A DNA stretch of 64,000 nucleotides from a virus (lineage: Duplodnaviria; Heunggongvirae; Uroviricota; Caudoviricetes), in the IMG/VR virus record IMGVR_UViG_3300025765_000001. One strand, 5' to 3'. The position numbers and the translations under genes were made by a program. Shown here in pieces: positions 16,599-26,384 of the stretch; the stretch's first letter is position 1, and every line of letters begins with the position of its first letter. The notes under the pieces are model-generated. The model was not told where the DNA came from, searched no databases, and saw nothing but the letters and a program-made list of their open reading frames with translations.

Positions 16599-18665
16599 AT
16601 GTCTATACACGACGAGAACAGAGAGCTACAGGACATACTATTGAACGCCCCCAGAAGAGCAGCATATAGAAAAAGCGATGATCGTAATTCGACGCCGGGC
16701 TACGTTGATGAAGATGACTTCAACGCTGGCAAGCTAGTTCAATGGACTACCGGCGACGGCCTTCGCTTTTTCCCTGCGGGGCATACGCTGAATGAGCTTC
16801 CTCCTGGGGCATACGAACCTGCGTATACCCCAGAGAAGGGGTACTTCATGCAAAAGGTTCACGTTAAGACCGAGGGTCTGTTGCAATTCCCAGAGACGAA
16901 TTCCGAGAGAGTTATCAACGAGATTCAGAAGTTCTGGGATCGGGAAGACCTTTTTTGTGACTACAGCTTGACGCACAAGCGTGGCATCATGCTGTGGGGG
17001 CCTCCGGGTTGTCATCGCAAAGGCACCAGGGTCATTATGGCTGATGGTTCTCTCAAGAATGTAGAGAATGTAGTAGAAGGCGATTCGCTGATGGGGCCTG
17101 ATTCGTGTCCAAGGAAGGTTTTTGCTCTTTGTCGAGGACGTGATTTAATGTACAAGATCACGCCGAATAAAGGAGAGCCTTTCTATGTGAATGCTAATCA
17201 TATTCTGAGTTTGAAACGGTCGGGGGACGTTCGCAAGGTTTCTTGGATTCCAGATGTACTCAATATAAAGGTTTCCGACTATTTGAAATTGTCAAAAACA
17301 ACTCGTGCTAGGCTCAAACTATATCACACAGGTGTGTTATATGAAGAGCGTTTGCTTCCGCTAGACTCTTACTTTTTGGGGGTTTGGCTGGGAGACGGGT
17401 ACGAGGACAATACGGCTGTTACGACTCAAGATCGAGAGATCATTGCTTGTGTTGAGCATATAGCCAATCAGTTCGGACTGAATGTTAATCCGCAACAAAA
17501 GCCTGATTCTAAAGCAGCCAGTTATTACATAACATCTGGTCCAATGCGTTTGGGAGTGCAAAAAGAAGGCAGGAATCCCCTTCGTACTTTGTTGAAAGAG
17601 TTGGGCGTCTTGCAGAATAAGAGGATACCTTATATCTATTCTACCTCCAGTCGTATGCAACGATTGCAGTTGCTTGCCGGGCTTATTGATACAGATGGTA
17701 ATTATGTTTCCAAGAGACTCAAGGATGGGCGTGCAAGTAAAGGATATTACGAAGTCACTCAGAAGCGGCATGATCTTGCTTGTGATATTCAAGCATTGGC
17801 CCGGAGTTTGGGGATGGGAGCCACTATTAACAAGAAGTATGTCGATGGTGATTTGTATTGGTGTGTTAATGTGTTTGGCGAAATACAAAACATACCTGTC
17901 AGAATCAGCTATAAGAAAGCACCGGTTGGCACCTCAAATAAAGACCCCCTAGTTACTGGATTCAAAATCAAATCAGTAGGGATTGAGAATTATTATGGAT
18001 TTCATCTTGAGAAGGACCATTTGTATTTGACGAGCGATTACGTCGTTCATCATAATTCTGGCAAATCATGTACAATCCAGTTGGTAATGGCCGACGTGAT
18101 TCGGCGAGGCGGTGTAGCCATCATCTTCGAGGAGCCGAATCTATATCTGGAAAACGTGCGGCAGTTTCGTGAGATTCAACCGAACACGCCCCTCGTTGTG
18201 TTGATGGAAGATATAGATTCGATTCTAGAAATACACAACGAGAGCGAGGTACTCAACATTCTCGACGGCGTTGAGAAAATCGAGAAAGTTGTTTATCTGG
18301 CTACGACTAACTATCCAGAGGTACTCGGCGAGCGTATTATCAACAGGCCGAGTAGATTCGACCGTCGATTCAAGATGCCGCACCCTCGCAGTGCATCTCG
18401 CAAACTATACTTTGAGCATCTGCTTAAAGGCAAGGAAGAAAAACTAGCTGGAATCATGGATGTCGAGAAGTGGGTCAAGGATACCAGAGGAATGAGTATC
18501 GCTCACTTGAAGGAGTTGTTCGTCTCGGTGTGTATTCTTGGCGACGACTACGACGAAACGATTAGAGTTCTCAACTCGATGATGGAGGACCAGCCGGACT
18601 CTAAAGACGACCGTGAGGACAAAGCAGGAATGGGGTTTAATCGCAATGACTCGAACTTTGATTAA
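16599..18665 (+). CDS. AAA+ ATPase with an intein in Walker A
   Basis: GIMLWGPPG|intein|SGKS, Walker B VLMEDID, ATTNYPE, RPSRFDR. Confidence 0.92.
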   Translation: MSIHDENRELQDILLNAPRRAAYRKSDDRNSTPGYVDEDDFNAGKLVQWTTGDGLRFFPAGHTLNELPPGAYEPAYTPEKGYFMQKVHVKTEGLLQFPETNSERVINEIQKFWDREDLFCDYSLTHKRGIMLWGPPGCHRKGTRVIMADGSLKNVENVVEGDSLMGPDSCPRKVFALCRGRDLMYKITPNKGEPFYVNANHILSLKRSGDVRKVSWIPDVLNIKVSDYLKLSKTTRARLKLYHTGVLYEERLLPLDSYFLGVWLGDGYEDNTAVTTQDREIIACVEHIANQFGLNVNPQQKPDSKAASYYITSGPMRLGVQKEGRNPLRTLLKELGVLQNKRIPYIYSTSSRMQRLQLLAGLIDTDGNYVSKRLKDGRASKGYYEVTQKRHDLACDIQALARSLGMGATINKKYVDGDLYWCVNVFGEIQNIPVRISYKKAPVGTSNKDPLVTGFKIKSVGIENYYGFHLEKDHLYLTSDYVVHHNSGKSCTIQLVMADVIRRGGVAIIFEEPNLYLENVRQFREIQPNTPLVVLMEDIDSILEIHNESEVLNILDGVEKIEKVVYLATTNYPEVLGERIINRPSRFDRRFKMPHPRSASRKLYFEHLLKGKEEKLAGIMDVEKWVKDTRGMSIAHLKELFVSVCILGDDYDETIRVLNSMMEDQPDSKDDREDKAGMGFNRNDSNFD
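17010..18056 (+). mobile_element. Intein (349 aa) with LAGLIDADG homing endonuclease
   Basis: Starts CHRKGTRVIMADGS, contains FLGVWLGDG and LLAGLIDTDG, ends YVVHHN followed by S(+1). Confidence 0.95.
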
Positions 18666-19128
18666 GGTAATCTCAGGCGGGCAGACTGGTGCCGACCTGG
18701 GCGGGCTAAAGGCAGCCAAAGCATCTGGTATACAGACCGGTGGTTTGATACCTTCTGGGTTTCTTACCGAGGTAGGTCCACGCCCTGAGTATGGGCCGCT
18801 CTACGGCCTAATCCAGCATCCGTCGAACAGGTATGAACCCAGGACGGTTGCCAACGTGTTGAACTCCGATGGCACAATTATTTTCTCTAGCAACTTCGGC
18901 TCTCCAGGCAGCAAGTTGACAATGGAGGCTTGTGGTCGGGCACCGAAACCCATGAAGTTGATCGATGTGCGTTCTTCGGGCGAGAATGCCGTGGACGATG
19001 TAGTGGCGTGGCTGCAAGAGAACAATATCCGAACTCTGAATGTGGCTGGGAATAGAGAGTCTAAGTCTCCCGGCATAGAGAAGTTTGTAGAGACCTTCCT
19101 GATCGAAGTCTTCAAGAAACTAGGCTAG
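18646..19128 (+). CDS. SLOG-superfamily 'putative molybdenum carrier' protein
   Basis: KVISGGQTGAD, RTVANVLNSDGT, LNVAGNRES. Confidence 0.88.
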   Translation: MTRTLIKVISGGQTGADLGGLKAAKASGIQTGGLIPSGFLTEVGPRPEYGPLYGLIQHPSNRYEPRTVANVLNSDGTIIFSSNFGSPGSKLTMEACGRAPKPMKLIDVRSSGENAVDDVVAWLQENNIRTLNVAGNRESKSPGIEKFVETFLIEVFKKLG

Positions 19129-19181
19129 TCAGAATTCTCCCGTTCGGCTATACTAGTCTAATTCAGAACGGGAGTAGAGGT

Positions 19182-21953
19182 ATGACGAGCAAGGATAGAC
19201 TACAAGACCTGTGCCAGCAGGCTCTTGTAGACAAGGGTTTCGCAAACGACGTATACAAAATCCGGCTTCGTGACGAGTTCATGCATGTCGATGTACAGGG
19301 TGAGTACGAGTACTTCCTCGACCTGTACGACCGGAAGGTTCGCTACCCTAAAAACCAACATAATCTTCTCATTCCATATCTATTAGGTATTGTAGATCAT
19401 TTCGACATAGAACAGGATTCGGCCCACGTCTTTGGCGAGTTTCCTGACATCGACATTGATTACCTTCCACAGATACGAGATCATCTCAAAAACGTCTGGG
19501 CCATTGAAGAATTCGGCAAAGAGAACGTCTGTGCCATCGGCAACTATACGACGTTCGGCATCAAGAGTGCCCTCATCGACATGGCGAGGGTTCACGACTG
19601 CGATCGTGAGGAGATTCTATCCCTCACAACCCAGTTTGGCTTGAAAGACGATTCCGGCAAAGCCTTGACTTGGGATTCGGCAATGAAGCTCTACCCGGAG
19701 CTAGAAGCCTACTGTAAGGCACATCCAGATGTAGCCGATGCTGCCAAGCGACTTCTCAATCGCAATCGTGGTATGGGTATGCACGCTGGTGGTTTAATTG
19801 TCGCCAATCAATCTATCGACAAGCTGGTTCCATTGGTGAAGGGCAGGGATGCACAACACGTCTCGGCGTTTGTGGAGGGTCTTCATGGTACAGACCTGGG
19901 GCCGTTGGGTCTGATTAAGTTCGACTTGTTGGTAATCACCGATCTCCTTCGCATTGTGTTGACGTGTAAGCTGGTGAAGGAGCGGTACGGGTTGGAATCT
20001 ATCAGTGCCCTTCCAGGTCAACCAGATTGGTCTGATACGAGCTATCTGAATGACCCCAAGGCCCTGGAGATGGCGGGCAAAGGGCAACTCACTGGCATTT
20101 TCCAATTCGATTCCTCTGGCATCCGCAAGCTCGCACGAGATGGCGGCGTTACCAGCTTTGATGATCTCTGTGCCTATTCCGCTCTCTACCGCCCTGGTCC
20201 GTTGGGTATGGGAATGCATACGCATTATGTAGAGAGGAAAAACGGAAGGGATGCAGAGTGGATCAAACATCTACATCCCATCTTGAAACCCATCCTTGGC
20301 AAGACTTACGGGGTTATGGTTTTTCAAGAGCAGGTTATGCAGATACTCAACGCAGTCGGCGGTATCCCGCTGAAAGACTGCGAGATCGTGCGTAAGGCCA
20401 TCTCGAAGAAGAAGGTCAAAGAGTTTGGTAAGTATAAGGAGCAGTTCCTAGAGGAAGGCTCACGTCGCACTGGTTGGCCTATCGAATCAGTGATGGTCCC
20501 TTCCAAGGGCGAAACACCGGGTATGGTGCCTACTAACGCACCGTGTATGCAAGGTCTGTGGGACCAGATAGAGAGCTTTGCAGAATACGGCTTCAACAAG
20601 TCACACACGGTAGCTTACACTTACATTTCATCTAGGTTGCTATACTTCAAGGCCCACTATCCTCTGGAGTTCTACACCGTCACGTTGCAAATAGCTGGCG
20701 AAGACGATAAGATCAAGGAATACAAGCGTGACGCCGAGCGTCATGGTATTAAGATTCAGAAACTAGACATGAATCTATCGAAGGAAAACTTCTGCATTGT
20801 TGATAACAAGGTCTACGTTGGTTTCAGAAACATTAAGGGCATTGGTGAAGAGGTTGCCAAGGAGATCGTATCGAAGCAGCCATATAAGTCTTTTGAGGAT
20901 TTCTTGGCCCGCTATGGCACCGATGCTAATGTGGTGAAGCCGCTGGTCTGTCTTGGCGTGTTCGAGGATGGCTCACGAGATGTTCTGTGGGAATTCTATG
21001 AACACTACAAGAAGGAAACCAAGCGACGTATAGATCGTGACAAGCGGCAGGATAAATCTCAGGAGAAATACGCCGAGGAACTACGTTTCTTGCTGCGTGA
21101 ATGGGGTTGTATAGATGAGGATACTAGCCAGCCGATGGAACCCCAGGCGGTCTTCGATTTCATTGAGAAGCATAGCTTTACCGATGACTTGGAACTGCAC
21201 AAGGCCATTACCGGGGCAGAGGGTGAAGAACAAATTCCTGGGTTTGATGCTTTTCTAGCGTGGAAGGTATACAAAAAGTATAAGCGGTCTAAGGACAATT
21301 TTGCCGTCAAGAAAGGTGAGGATAAGCCGATCTCGCTGAAGTCATTCGAGCCGATCGGTGAACTAGAACCAGAGGTTAAGGAACTTCTCGGCAAGGATGT
21401 TATGGATCAGGAGTCGATATTCTACGGCTTCAGTTGGCAGCACCCTTTAGAGCTTAGTTCTGACTTTTGCCACGATGAGGACCGAACCTTCCGTCAATTC
21501 GAGGAAGATCAATCTCTAAGTATAGCGTTGGTCGAAGTGATGGTGTCCTACGAGGATATCAATCGCAAGGGCAAGACCAAAGGTGCAAAAAAGGAATTTG
21601 AAAATCCCAGGAAGGGGCAGAGTAAGTCCAAGAAGGAAGTCTGGTGGATGGACCTCTATGTAGAAGATGCCGACTTCGTGCAGAAGCGTGTTCGCTTCTG
21701 GAGCGATGATTACGAGCGGTTCAAGGATGATTTGGCTAAGGGTAACTTACTTAAACTACGGGTTCGTCGGCAGGCGGAATATGGCAACTTCACACTAGAT
21801 GGCCCCAAGAAGCACCTACGCCTCACTCTGCCGCCGAAGGAGCATGATCCCCGTTTACAAGTAATGCGTAAGGCTGAACAGACCAAAACGGCAGTGCAAT
21901 GCTCCGATGACACCCAGGCCGTACTAGATGAAATACGAGGTATGTTTTCATGA
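19182..21953 (+). CDS. dnaE: DNA polymerase III alpha, C-terminal catalytic half
   Basis: FPDIDID, GMHAGG, GLIKFDLL, GIFQFDS, ALYRPGP, YGVMVFQEQVM, FAEYGFNKSH, KGIGE. Confidence 0.95.
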   Translation: MTSKDRLQDLCQQALVDKGFANDVYKIRLRDEFMHVDVQGEYEYFLDLYDRKVRYPKNQHNLLIPYLLGIVDHFDIEQDSAHVFGEFPDIDIDYLPQIRDHLKNVWAIEEFGKENVCAIGNYTTFGIKSALIDMARVHDCDREEILSLTTQFGLKDDSGKALTWDSAMKLYPELEAYCKAHPDVADAAKRLLNRNRGMGMHAGGLIVANQSIDKLVPLVKGRDAQHVSAFVEGLHGTDLGPLGLIKFDLLVITDLLRIVLTCKLVKERYGLESISALPGQPDWSDTSYLNDPKALEMAGKGQLTGIFQFDSSGIRKLARDGGVTSFDDLCAYSALYRPGPLGMGMHTHYVERKNGRDAEWIKHLHPILKPILGKTYGVMVFQEQVMQILNAVGGIPLKDCEIVRKAISKKKVKEFGKYKEQFLEEGSRRTGWPIESVMVPSKGETPGMVPTNAPCMQGLWDQIESFAEYGFNKSHTVAYTYISSRLLYFKAHYPLEFYTVTLQIAGEDDKIKEYKRDAERHGIKIQKLDMNLSKENFCIVDNKVYVGFRNIKGIGEEVAKEIVSKQPYKSFEDFLARYGTDANVVKPLVCLGVFEDGSRDVLWEFYEHYKKETKRRIDRDKRQDKSQEKYAEELRFLLREWGCIDEDTSQPMEPQAVFDFIEKHSFTDDLELHKAITGAEGEEQIPGFDAFLAWKVYKKYKRSKDNFAVKKGEDKPISLKSFEPIGELEPEVKELLGKDVMDQESIFYGFSWQHPLELSSDFCHDEDRTFRQFEEDQSLSIALVEVMVSYEDINRKGKTKGAKKEFENPRKGQSKSKKEVWWMDLYVEDADFVQKRVRFWSDDYERFKDDLAKGNLLKLRVRRQAEYGNFTLDGPKKHLRLTLPPKEHDPRLQVMRKAEQTKTAVQCSDDTQAVLDEIRGMFS

Positions 21954-22474
21954 TTCAAGAACCAGAGAACCAGGAACCACTGGAGGAGAAGCAGGAAGAA
22001 CGAGAGCCGGATTTGGTGATCGATGAGTCTAACTTCAAAGATTACTTCTTCGACGTGCGACTACACAAGCCGCAGCGTTGGCAGGTTATGGCCGCATATA
22101 CCGGCATGGCCTTGCTTGTGAATGGCAAAGAGAAAGAGAACTTGGTTGACTTATTGATGCAGACTACGAAGGTCAGGGCTGCAACTCAGGTGATGCGAAA
22201 ATTATTTCACGCCTGTGAAGAAGATGCCATCCGGGTTCCGAAGAGGATTATTGAGGACTTGATTTCCGGCATGAGCCGCCAGGAAGTTCTAGAGAAGTCC
22301 TATCAATTCAAAGCTGAGCTTTACTTTTACACGAAAAGCGAGTACGTTCCACAAGATGATCCGCACTGGAGCATTGTGTCGATTGCCAACTTGGATGACT
22401 ACCTAGCCAAAAAGGAAGGCGATTATGTAATAATGACAAAACGGATTGATCCAGAAGAGAATCTATCTTCTTAG
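21950..22474 (+). CDS. Hypothetical protein
   Basis: ATGA coupling to dnaE-C. Confidence 0.7.
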   Translation: MIQEPENQEPLEEKQEEREPDLVIDESNFKDYFFDVRLHKPQRWQVMAAYTGMALLVNGKEKENLVDLLMQTTKVRAATQVMRKLFHACEEDAIRVPKRIIEDLISGMSRQEVLEKSYQFKAELYFYTKSEYVPQDDPHWSIVSIANLDDYLAKKEGDYVIMTKRIDPEENLSS

Positions 22475-22517
22475 AAGATAGATTGACGATATACTAGGAA
22501 TAGAGAGCGGAGAACTT

Positions 22518-23123
22518 TTGATGAAAGCCTCCATTGTCGAACGAAGGGGGTACAATATCGTCCTCCCTGAAGATGCGAAAGATTTTCGCATTACAGCGGG
22601 GTCTTTCTCCTTGATCGATCACATCTACGGAAGACAAGTCTACGCTAACGGGTTTGTGTATTGTCGTGAGTATTTCCAAGATGAAGCCTGCCGGGTTCGG
22701 CGTTTTCTGTTCAGCCATCGTTCTGGTTGTGGTGAGAACGTGGCTCATTTCATCAAAAAGGTTGAACGCCGTTTGAATCTCATCGAACACTCGAAGTTCT
22801 ATTCTACTAATCGAAGAACGGTTACGATGGTCCGGCCCAATCCCTGGTGGATGGACACTTCAATGAAGAAGTCTCTCTTCACCATCCTCGTCCGGGCTGG
22901 CAGTCGTTACGAGCCGGACCTGGACAACTTCGACTCGGCTCTCTTCTCCATTGAGTACAGCAGCAACACCAAGTACGCAGTTCAGCGATTTCTTCTCGGC
23001 TACACTAAATACACTGGCAAGGTCCGTGGTTGGGTCGCCCAATTCTGGGAAGGAACGGGTGACTGGTACGATCCCAAACCACCCGGCCCAGAGCGAGTTA
23101 GAGAACTCCTGGTCCGGCCTTAA
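22518..23123 (+). CDS. Hypothetical protein, paralog of 60538..61146
   Basis: Shared M(K)xSLFTIL.R.G...NF.SALFS..YS..TK.AV.RFL.G.TKY. Confidence 0.75.
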   Translation: MMKASIVERRGYNIVLPEDAKDFRITAGSFSLIDHIYGRQVYANGFVYCREYFQDEACRVRRFLFSHRSGCGENVAHFIKKVERRLNLIEHSKFYSTNRRTVTMVRPNPWWMDTSMKKSLFTILVRAGSRYEPDLDNFDSALFSIEYSSNTKYAVQRFLLGYTKYTGKVRGWVAQFWEGTGDWYDPKPPGPERVRELLVRP

Positions 23124-23142
23124 TAGCTGCGATAGCGGCAGG

Positions 23143-23172
23143 AAAAGGGATGGCTTCGGTCATCCCTTTTTC
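23143..23172 (+). terminator. Intrinsic terminator
   Basis: aaaagggatg/catccctttt stem. Confidence 0.75.
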
Positions 23173-23187
23173 GTTTAATATACAAGC

Positions 23188-23574
23188 ATGGGAACCAAAG
23201 CATACTATAAGGCAAATAGAGAGAAGATAATTGCATAAGCTAGAGCTTGGCAGGAAAAGAATCGGACTAAGTATCTCGAAAAGGCCCAAAGAGCCAAATA
23301 CAGGGCGTCCTTAGCAGCTATCAAAACTCGCTATGGTTGTCAAAATTCAGGGTGCCCCTGCGACAGTTGTATACCGGCATGTTGTCTGGATTTCCACCAT
23401 ATCGGCGACAAAGGGTTTAGGTTCAACAAACGCCCAAAGCGGCTAAGCAAAGTGGTTGAAGAGATCAATAAATGTATTGTTCTATGTGCTATATGCCACA
23501 GGATGGTGACGTATGGGCTGCTAGAAGACACCTTCCTAAGATGCTCGATAACCGAGGAAGATATTGAAGGCTAG
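23188..23574 (+). pseudogene. HNH endonuclease with in-frame TAA (23236-38); absent from the ORF track
   Basis: Manual translation: GCQNSGC...CLDFHH...EEINKCIVLCAICHR. Confidence 0.75.
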
Positions 23575-23634
23575 CTGTCCTTTTTCTTTTTACCTTGCAT
23601 AGATAGTAGGAGGGTTGATTAGATAGGACAGTAT

Positions 23635-24162
23635 ATGGACGATTTCAACACAACAAGAGACTCGCTAGATGCTTGGGTAACAAAGTGGGAGAAAGCCCAG
23701 CAGGACGGTATTTTCAAAGACGCCCCAAAGGGCAAGTCGCCGTACACCCCACAGACATTTTTCCCTCCGGTAGAGGAAGAAGAGGATGCCCCGAACCCAG
23801 ATGATGTAGATTCTGCTTATTGGGCCAGCACACCTAAAGACGGCTATGTTGATCCCCTGGACAACAAATTGTTGCATGAAGCTGTTGCCAAGGTGAAGGA
23901 AGGGCACGGTAAGGCAGGAGGCCCTATGAATCCACAGCCTTTTTATGCTGCTGGTAAGGATCAAGAGTACAATGCTGCTATGTTCGATGTAAAGGAATTC
24001 GAGGCTCTAGAAAAAGCGAAAGTTCAACTACATGAACTAGAAGACCAGATTGCCACGCTAGTAAGCGGCAAGGATTTACAATCCAAGGTAGTGGATTTGA
24101 AAAAGAAGATTGATGAGTTGAGCAATGTACTAACATATTACTCTGATACCCAGACGGCTTGA
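23635..24162 (+). CDS. Hypothetical acidic/coiled-coil protein
   Basis: 175-aa ORF, upstream AGATA motifs. Confidence 0.7.
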   Translation: MDDFNTTRDSLDAWVTKWEKAQQDGIFKDAPKGKSPYTPQTFFPPVEEEEDAPNPDDVDSAYWASTPKDGYVDPLDNKLLHEAVAKVKEGHGKAGGPMNPQPFYAAGKDQEYNAAMFDVKEFEALEKAKVQLHELEDQIATLVSGKDLQSKVVDLKKKIDELSNVLTYYSDTQTA

Positions 24163-24186
24163 TTTATTGACTGTTTTAGGTATAAT
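24159..24186 (+). promoter_or_regulatory. Sigma70-type promoter
   Basis: TTGATT-16 nt-TATAAT. Confidence 0.55.
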
Positions 24187-24204
24187 GTTTAATCGGAGTA
24201 GAGT

Positions 24205-24738
24205 ATGGCTATAACCTGGAAGGCACCCTCGAATGTCTTCGAGTTACTTGAAAACATCAAACAGAAGGATCACCATCCACGGCTTGAGTCGGCTAAGATA
24301 GCGGTCGCATTCAACGATGCGAAGCCATTCACGAAAGATCGTCTGAACCTGGGAAGCACGACTAAGTTCACACCATTTGCTAAAATCTGGCAGAAGGAAA
24401 TTTACGATTTCTGTATTCTGCTTTGCAGCGATCTCTGGCACCAGATTTGTGATGACACCCAGCGAATGGCTTTACTAGATTTACATCTCACCCGCTGTCA
24501 GGTAGAATACGTGCCTGAAACCGTTGTCGAAGGAAAGAAGAAGAAAATCGTCAAGGATGAATGGGGTCGTATTCAATACACCGATCAGATAAAATGCGAC
24601 GACGATGGGAACCCGAAATGGTACGTTGCTCCATTGGATTTGGTGGTGTTCTCTCAGAATGGGCGACGGTACGGCATGTGGTATGAAGACCTAGCCTCGC
24701 TCGCTGATGCCCTTAAATTACATGGAGCGGCGGTATGA
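24205..24738 (+). CDS. Phage metallopeptidase-like domain protein with degenerate HExxH
   Basis: HPRLESAKI, DFCI....W, ALLDLHLTRC where DHELxH is usual. Confidence 0.6.
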   Translation: MAITWKAPSNVFELLENIKQKDHHPRLESAKIAVAFNDAKPFTKDRLNLGSTTKFTPFAKIWQKEIYDFCILLCSDLWHQICDDTQRMALLDLHLTRCQVEYVPETVVEGKKKKIVKDEWGRIQYTDQIKCDDDGNPKWYVAPLDLVVFSQNGRRYGMWYEDLASLADALKLHGAAV

Positions 24739-25208
24739 AACGAATCACACTAACGCCGGACGAACCGGCCAAATTGTCTTGGAATCGCATCTTTCTACTT
24801 TGTTTAGTGGTGGGGCTGGGAGCCGCCTTGTTCTTCGCCTATCGCCACAAAACCACTGTTAGTAGCTTGAGTGTATCTCCCGGCGAAGAACCAGTTGCAC
24901 CGGGGCCGCTTGAATTGAACCAAGAACGAGCCATCAAACGAATTCAGGTTCTTCAAGGCCACGAATTTGACATCACCCTGGATAATGGTCTTCGTATCCA
25001 CGCAATGCTTCCGGTGCGTACCGGCAAAGAAGCAAGGGATAAGGTGTTGACGTTTATCTCTCACAGCACCAAACCCAGAGTCATCATATTGCAAAAATGG
25101 CAGGAAGTCTGGACCGTCGATATCAAGGTTAGCAACGGCGGCACGGATGTCCTTTTGACTGAGTGGCTCAAAGCTAACCGCTTAGTGTGGGACAATAAAA
25201 ATGGCTGA
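24735..25208 (+). CDS. Membrane-anchored hypothetical protein, weak thermonuclease-like resemblance
   Basis: One TM helix; RIQVLQGHEFD, LTEWLKANRLVW. Confidence 0.45.
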   Translation: MKRITLTPDEPAKLSWNRIFLLCLVVGLGAALFFAYRHKTTVSSLSVSPGEEPVAPGPLELNQERAIKRIQVLQGHEFDITLDNGLRIHAMLPVRTGKEARDKVLTFISHSTKPRVIILQKWQEVWTVDIKVSNGGTDVLLTEWLKANRLVWDNKNG

Positions 25209-26373
25209 GAATACCCTGCCTGTTGACGAAGGAGTTCAGCAACAGGACGGAGAGGATTCCCCTAGTATCAAGGCTGGTGTACGAAAGCTGAACTCAAATG
25301 GGACACCGGCCAAATTTCAAAAATTACTATCAGAAAAGAAGCCACGACGAGCGGCTATATTCACACACGCATTCCCTGATCCCGATGCCATCTCCTCAAT
25401 GATGGCTCTGGCTTGGTTGCTACGCAAATCGTTTGAAGAGATCGAAGTGATCTGCTTCTTCGATGGCGTGGTATCTCACCCGCAGAATATCGCAATGGTC
25501 AACCTGCTCGATCCTGAGATGCGAGCAGTCGAAGAGTACAAACCCGAAGGCTGGGACTTACACTTCCTGGTTGACACTGTTCCGAGTCATGCGGGCGTCG
25601 GTGCCGATGTAGGAGAAGATGACAAGCCGGTTTGCCGGAAGGTCAAGTTCGATTGCATCATCGATCACCACAAAGAACAACTCACGCCAGATTGCCAAGG
25701 CTTGTTCATCAATCTCAAGGCAGGCAGTTGTGCAGCCACGGTCTTTCATCTCATTAAGAAGATGGGCCTCAAGTTCGAGAAGACTATTGACTACGATGTG
25801 AAAGTAGCTACGGCGATCATGGTTGGCATCATGACCGATACCGAAAACCTGATGTCCGAAGATGCTACGGTCTATGAATCAGATGCCTTCGCCGATCTAC
25901 TGGAACTCAAGAACCATAGCATCCTCAAACAGATCGTCAATTACGAGCGGCCCAAGTATTGGGTGAAGAAGGAAGCTGAGGCCGTCAATAGAGCAGAAGT
26001 CCACGAGGGCGTCGGTGTCGTCGGCCTGGGTATCCTTTCCAGAGAACATCGGGATATGATCTCGGATATGGCTCAGCAAATGGTGTCGTGGGAAGATGTA
26101 AACACAGCCGTGGCTTTTGCCATAGTAGACGGTCACTTCATCGAGGGCAGCGTTCGTAGCAAGAACGCTTCTACTTCGGTCCCGATCCTGTGCAGACAGT
26201 TGGGGTTGGACAAGGGCGGCGAGGGCGGCGGCAAGCTGGGCAAGGGAGCCTATCGGTACGACTTAGCGGGTGCCGGTGTGGAGGAAGACGAAGAAGAGAA
26301 GACCAAGGATGAAATCTGGGAACTCTTCAGGAAGCGAGAGCTTCTTCGTATCTTCAAGATCATCAAGAAATGA
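25201..26373 (+). CDS. DHH/DHHA1 phosphoesterase (NrnA/GdpP-like)
   Basis: THAFPDPDA, LVDT, IIDHH, GIMTDT, SVRS, GGG..GKGA. Confidence 0.92.
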   Translation: MAENTLPVDEGVQQQDGEDSPSIKAGVRKLNSNGTPAKFQKLLSEKKPRRAAIFTHAFPDPDAISSMMALAWLLRKSFEEIEVICFFDGVVSHPQNIAMVNLLDPEMRAVEEYKPEGWDLHFLVDTVPSHAGVGADVGEDDKPVCRKVKFDCIIDHHKEQLTPDCQGLFINLKAGSCAATVFHLIKKMGLKFEKTIDYDVKVATAIMVGIMTDTENLMSEDATVYESDAFADLLELKNHSILKQIVNYERPKYWVKKEAEAVNRAEVHEGVGVVGLGILSREHRDMISDMAQQMVSWEDVNTAVAFAIVDGHFIEGSVRSKNASTSVPILCRQLGLDKGGEGGGKLGKGAYRYDLAGAGVEEDEEEKTKDEIWELFRKRELLRIFKIIKK

Positions 26374-26384
26374 CTTAGTAATCC

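Noticed and set aside
7640-19440. Split intein joining the two DnaE halves
   Set aside because: No CL/CF-type N-intein after the N-half and no HN-C/S/T C-intein before PDIDID
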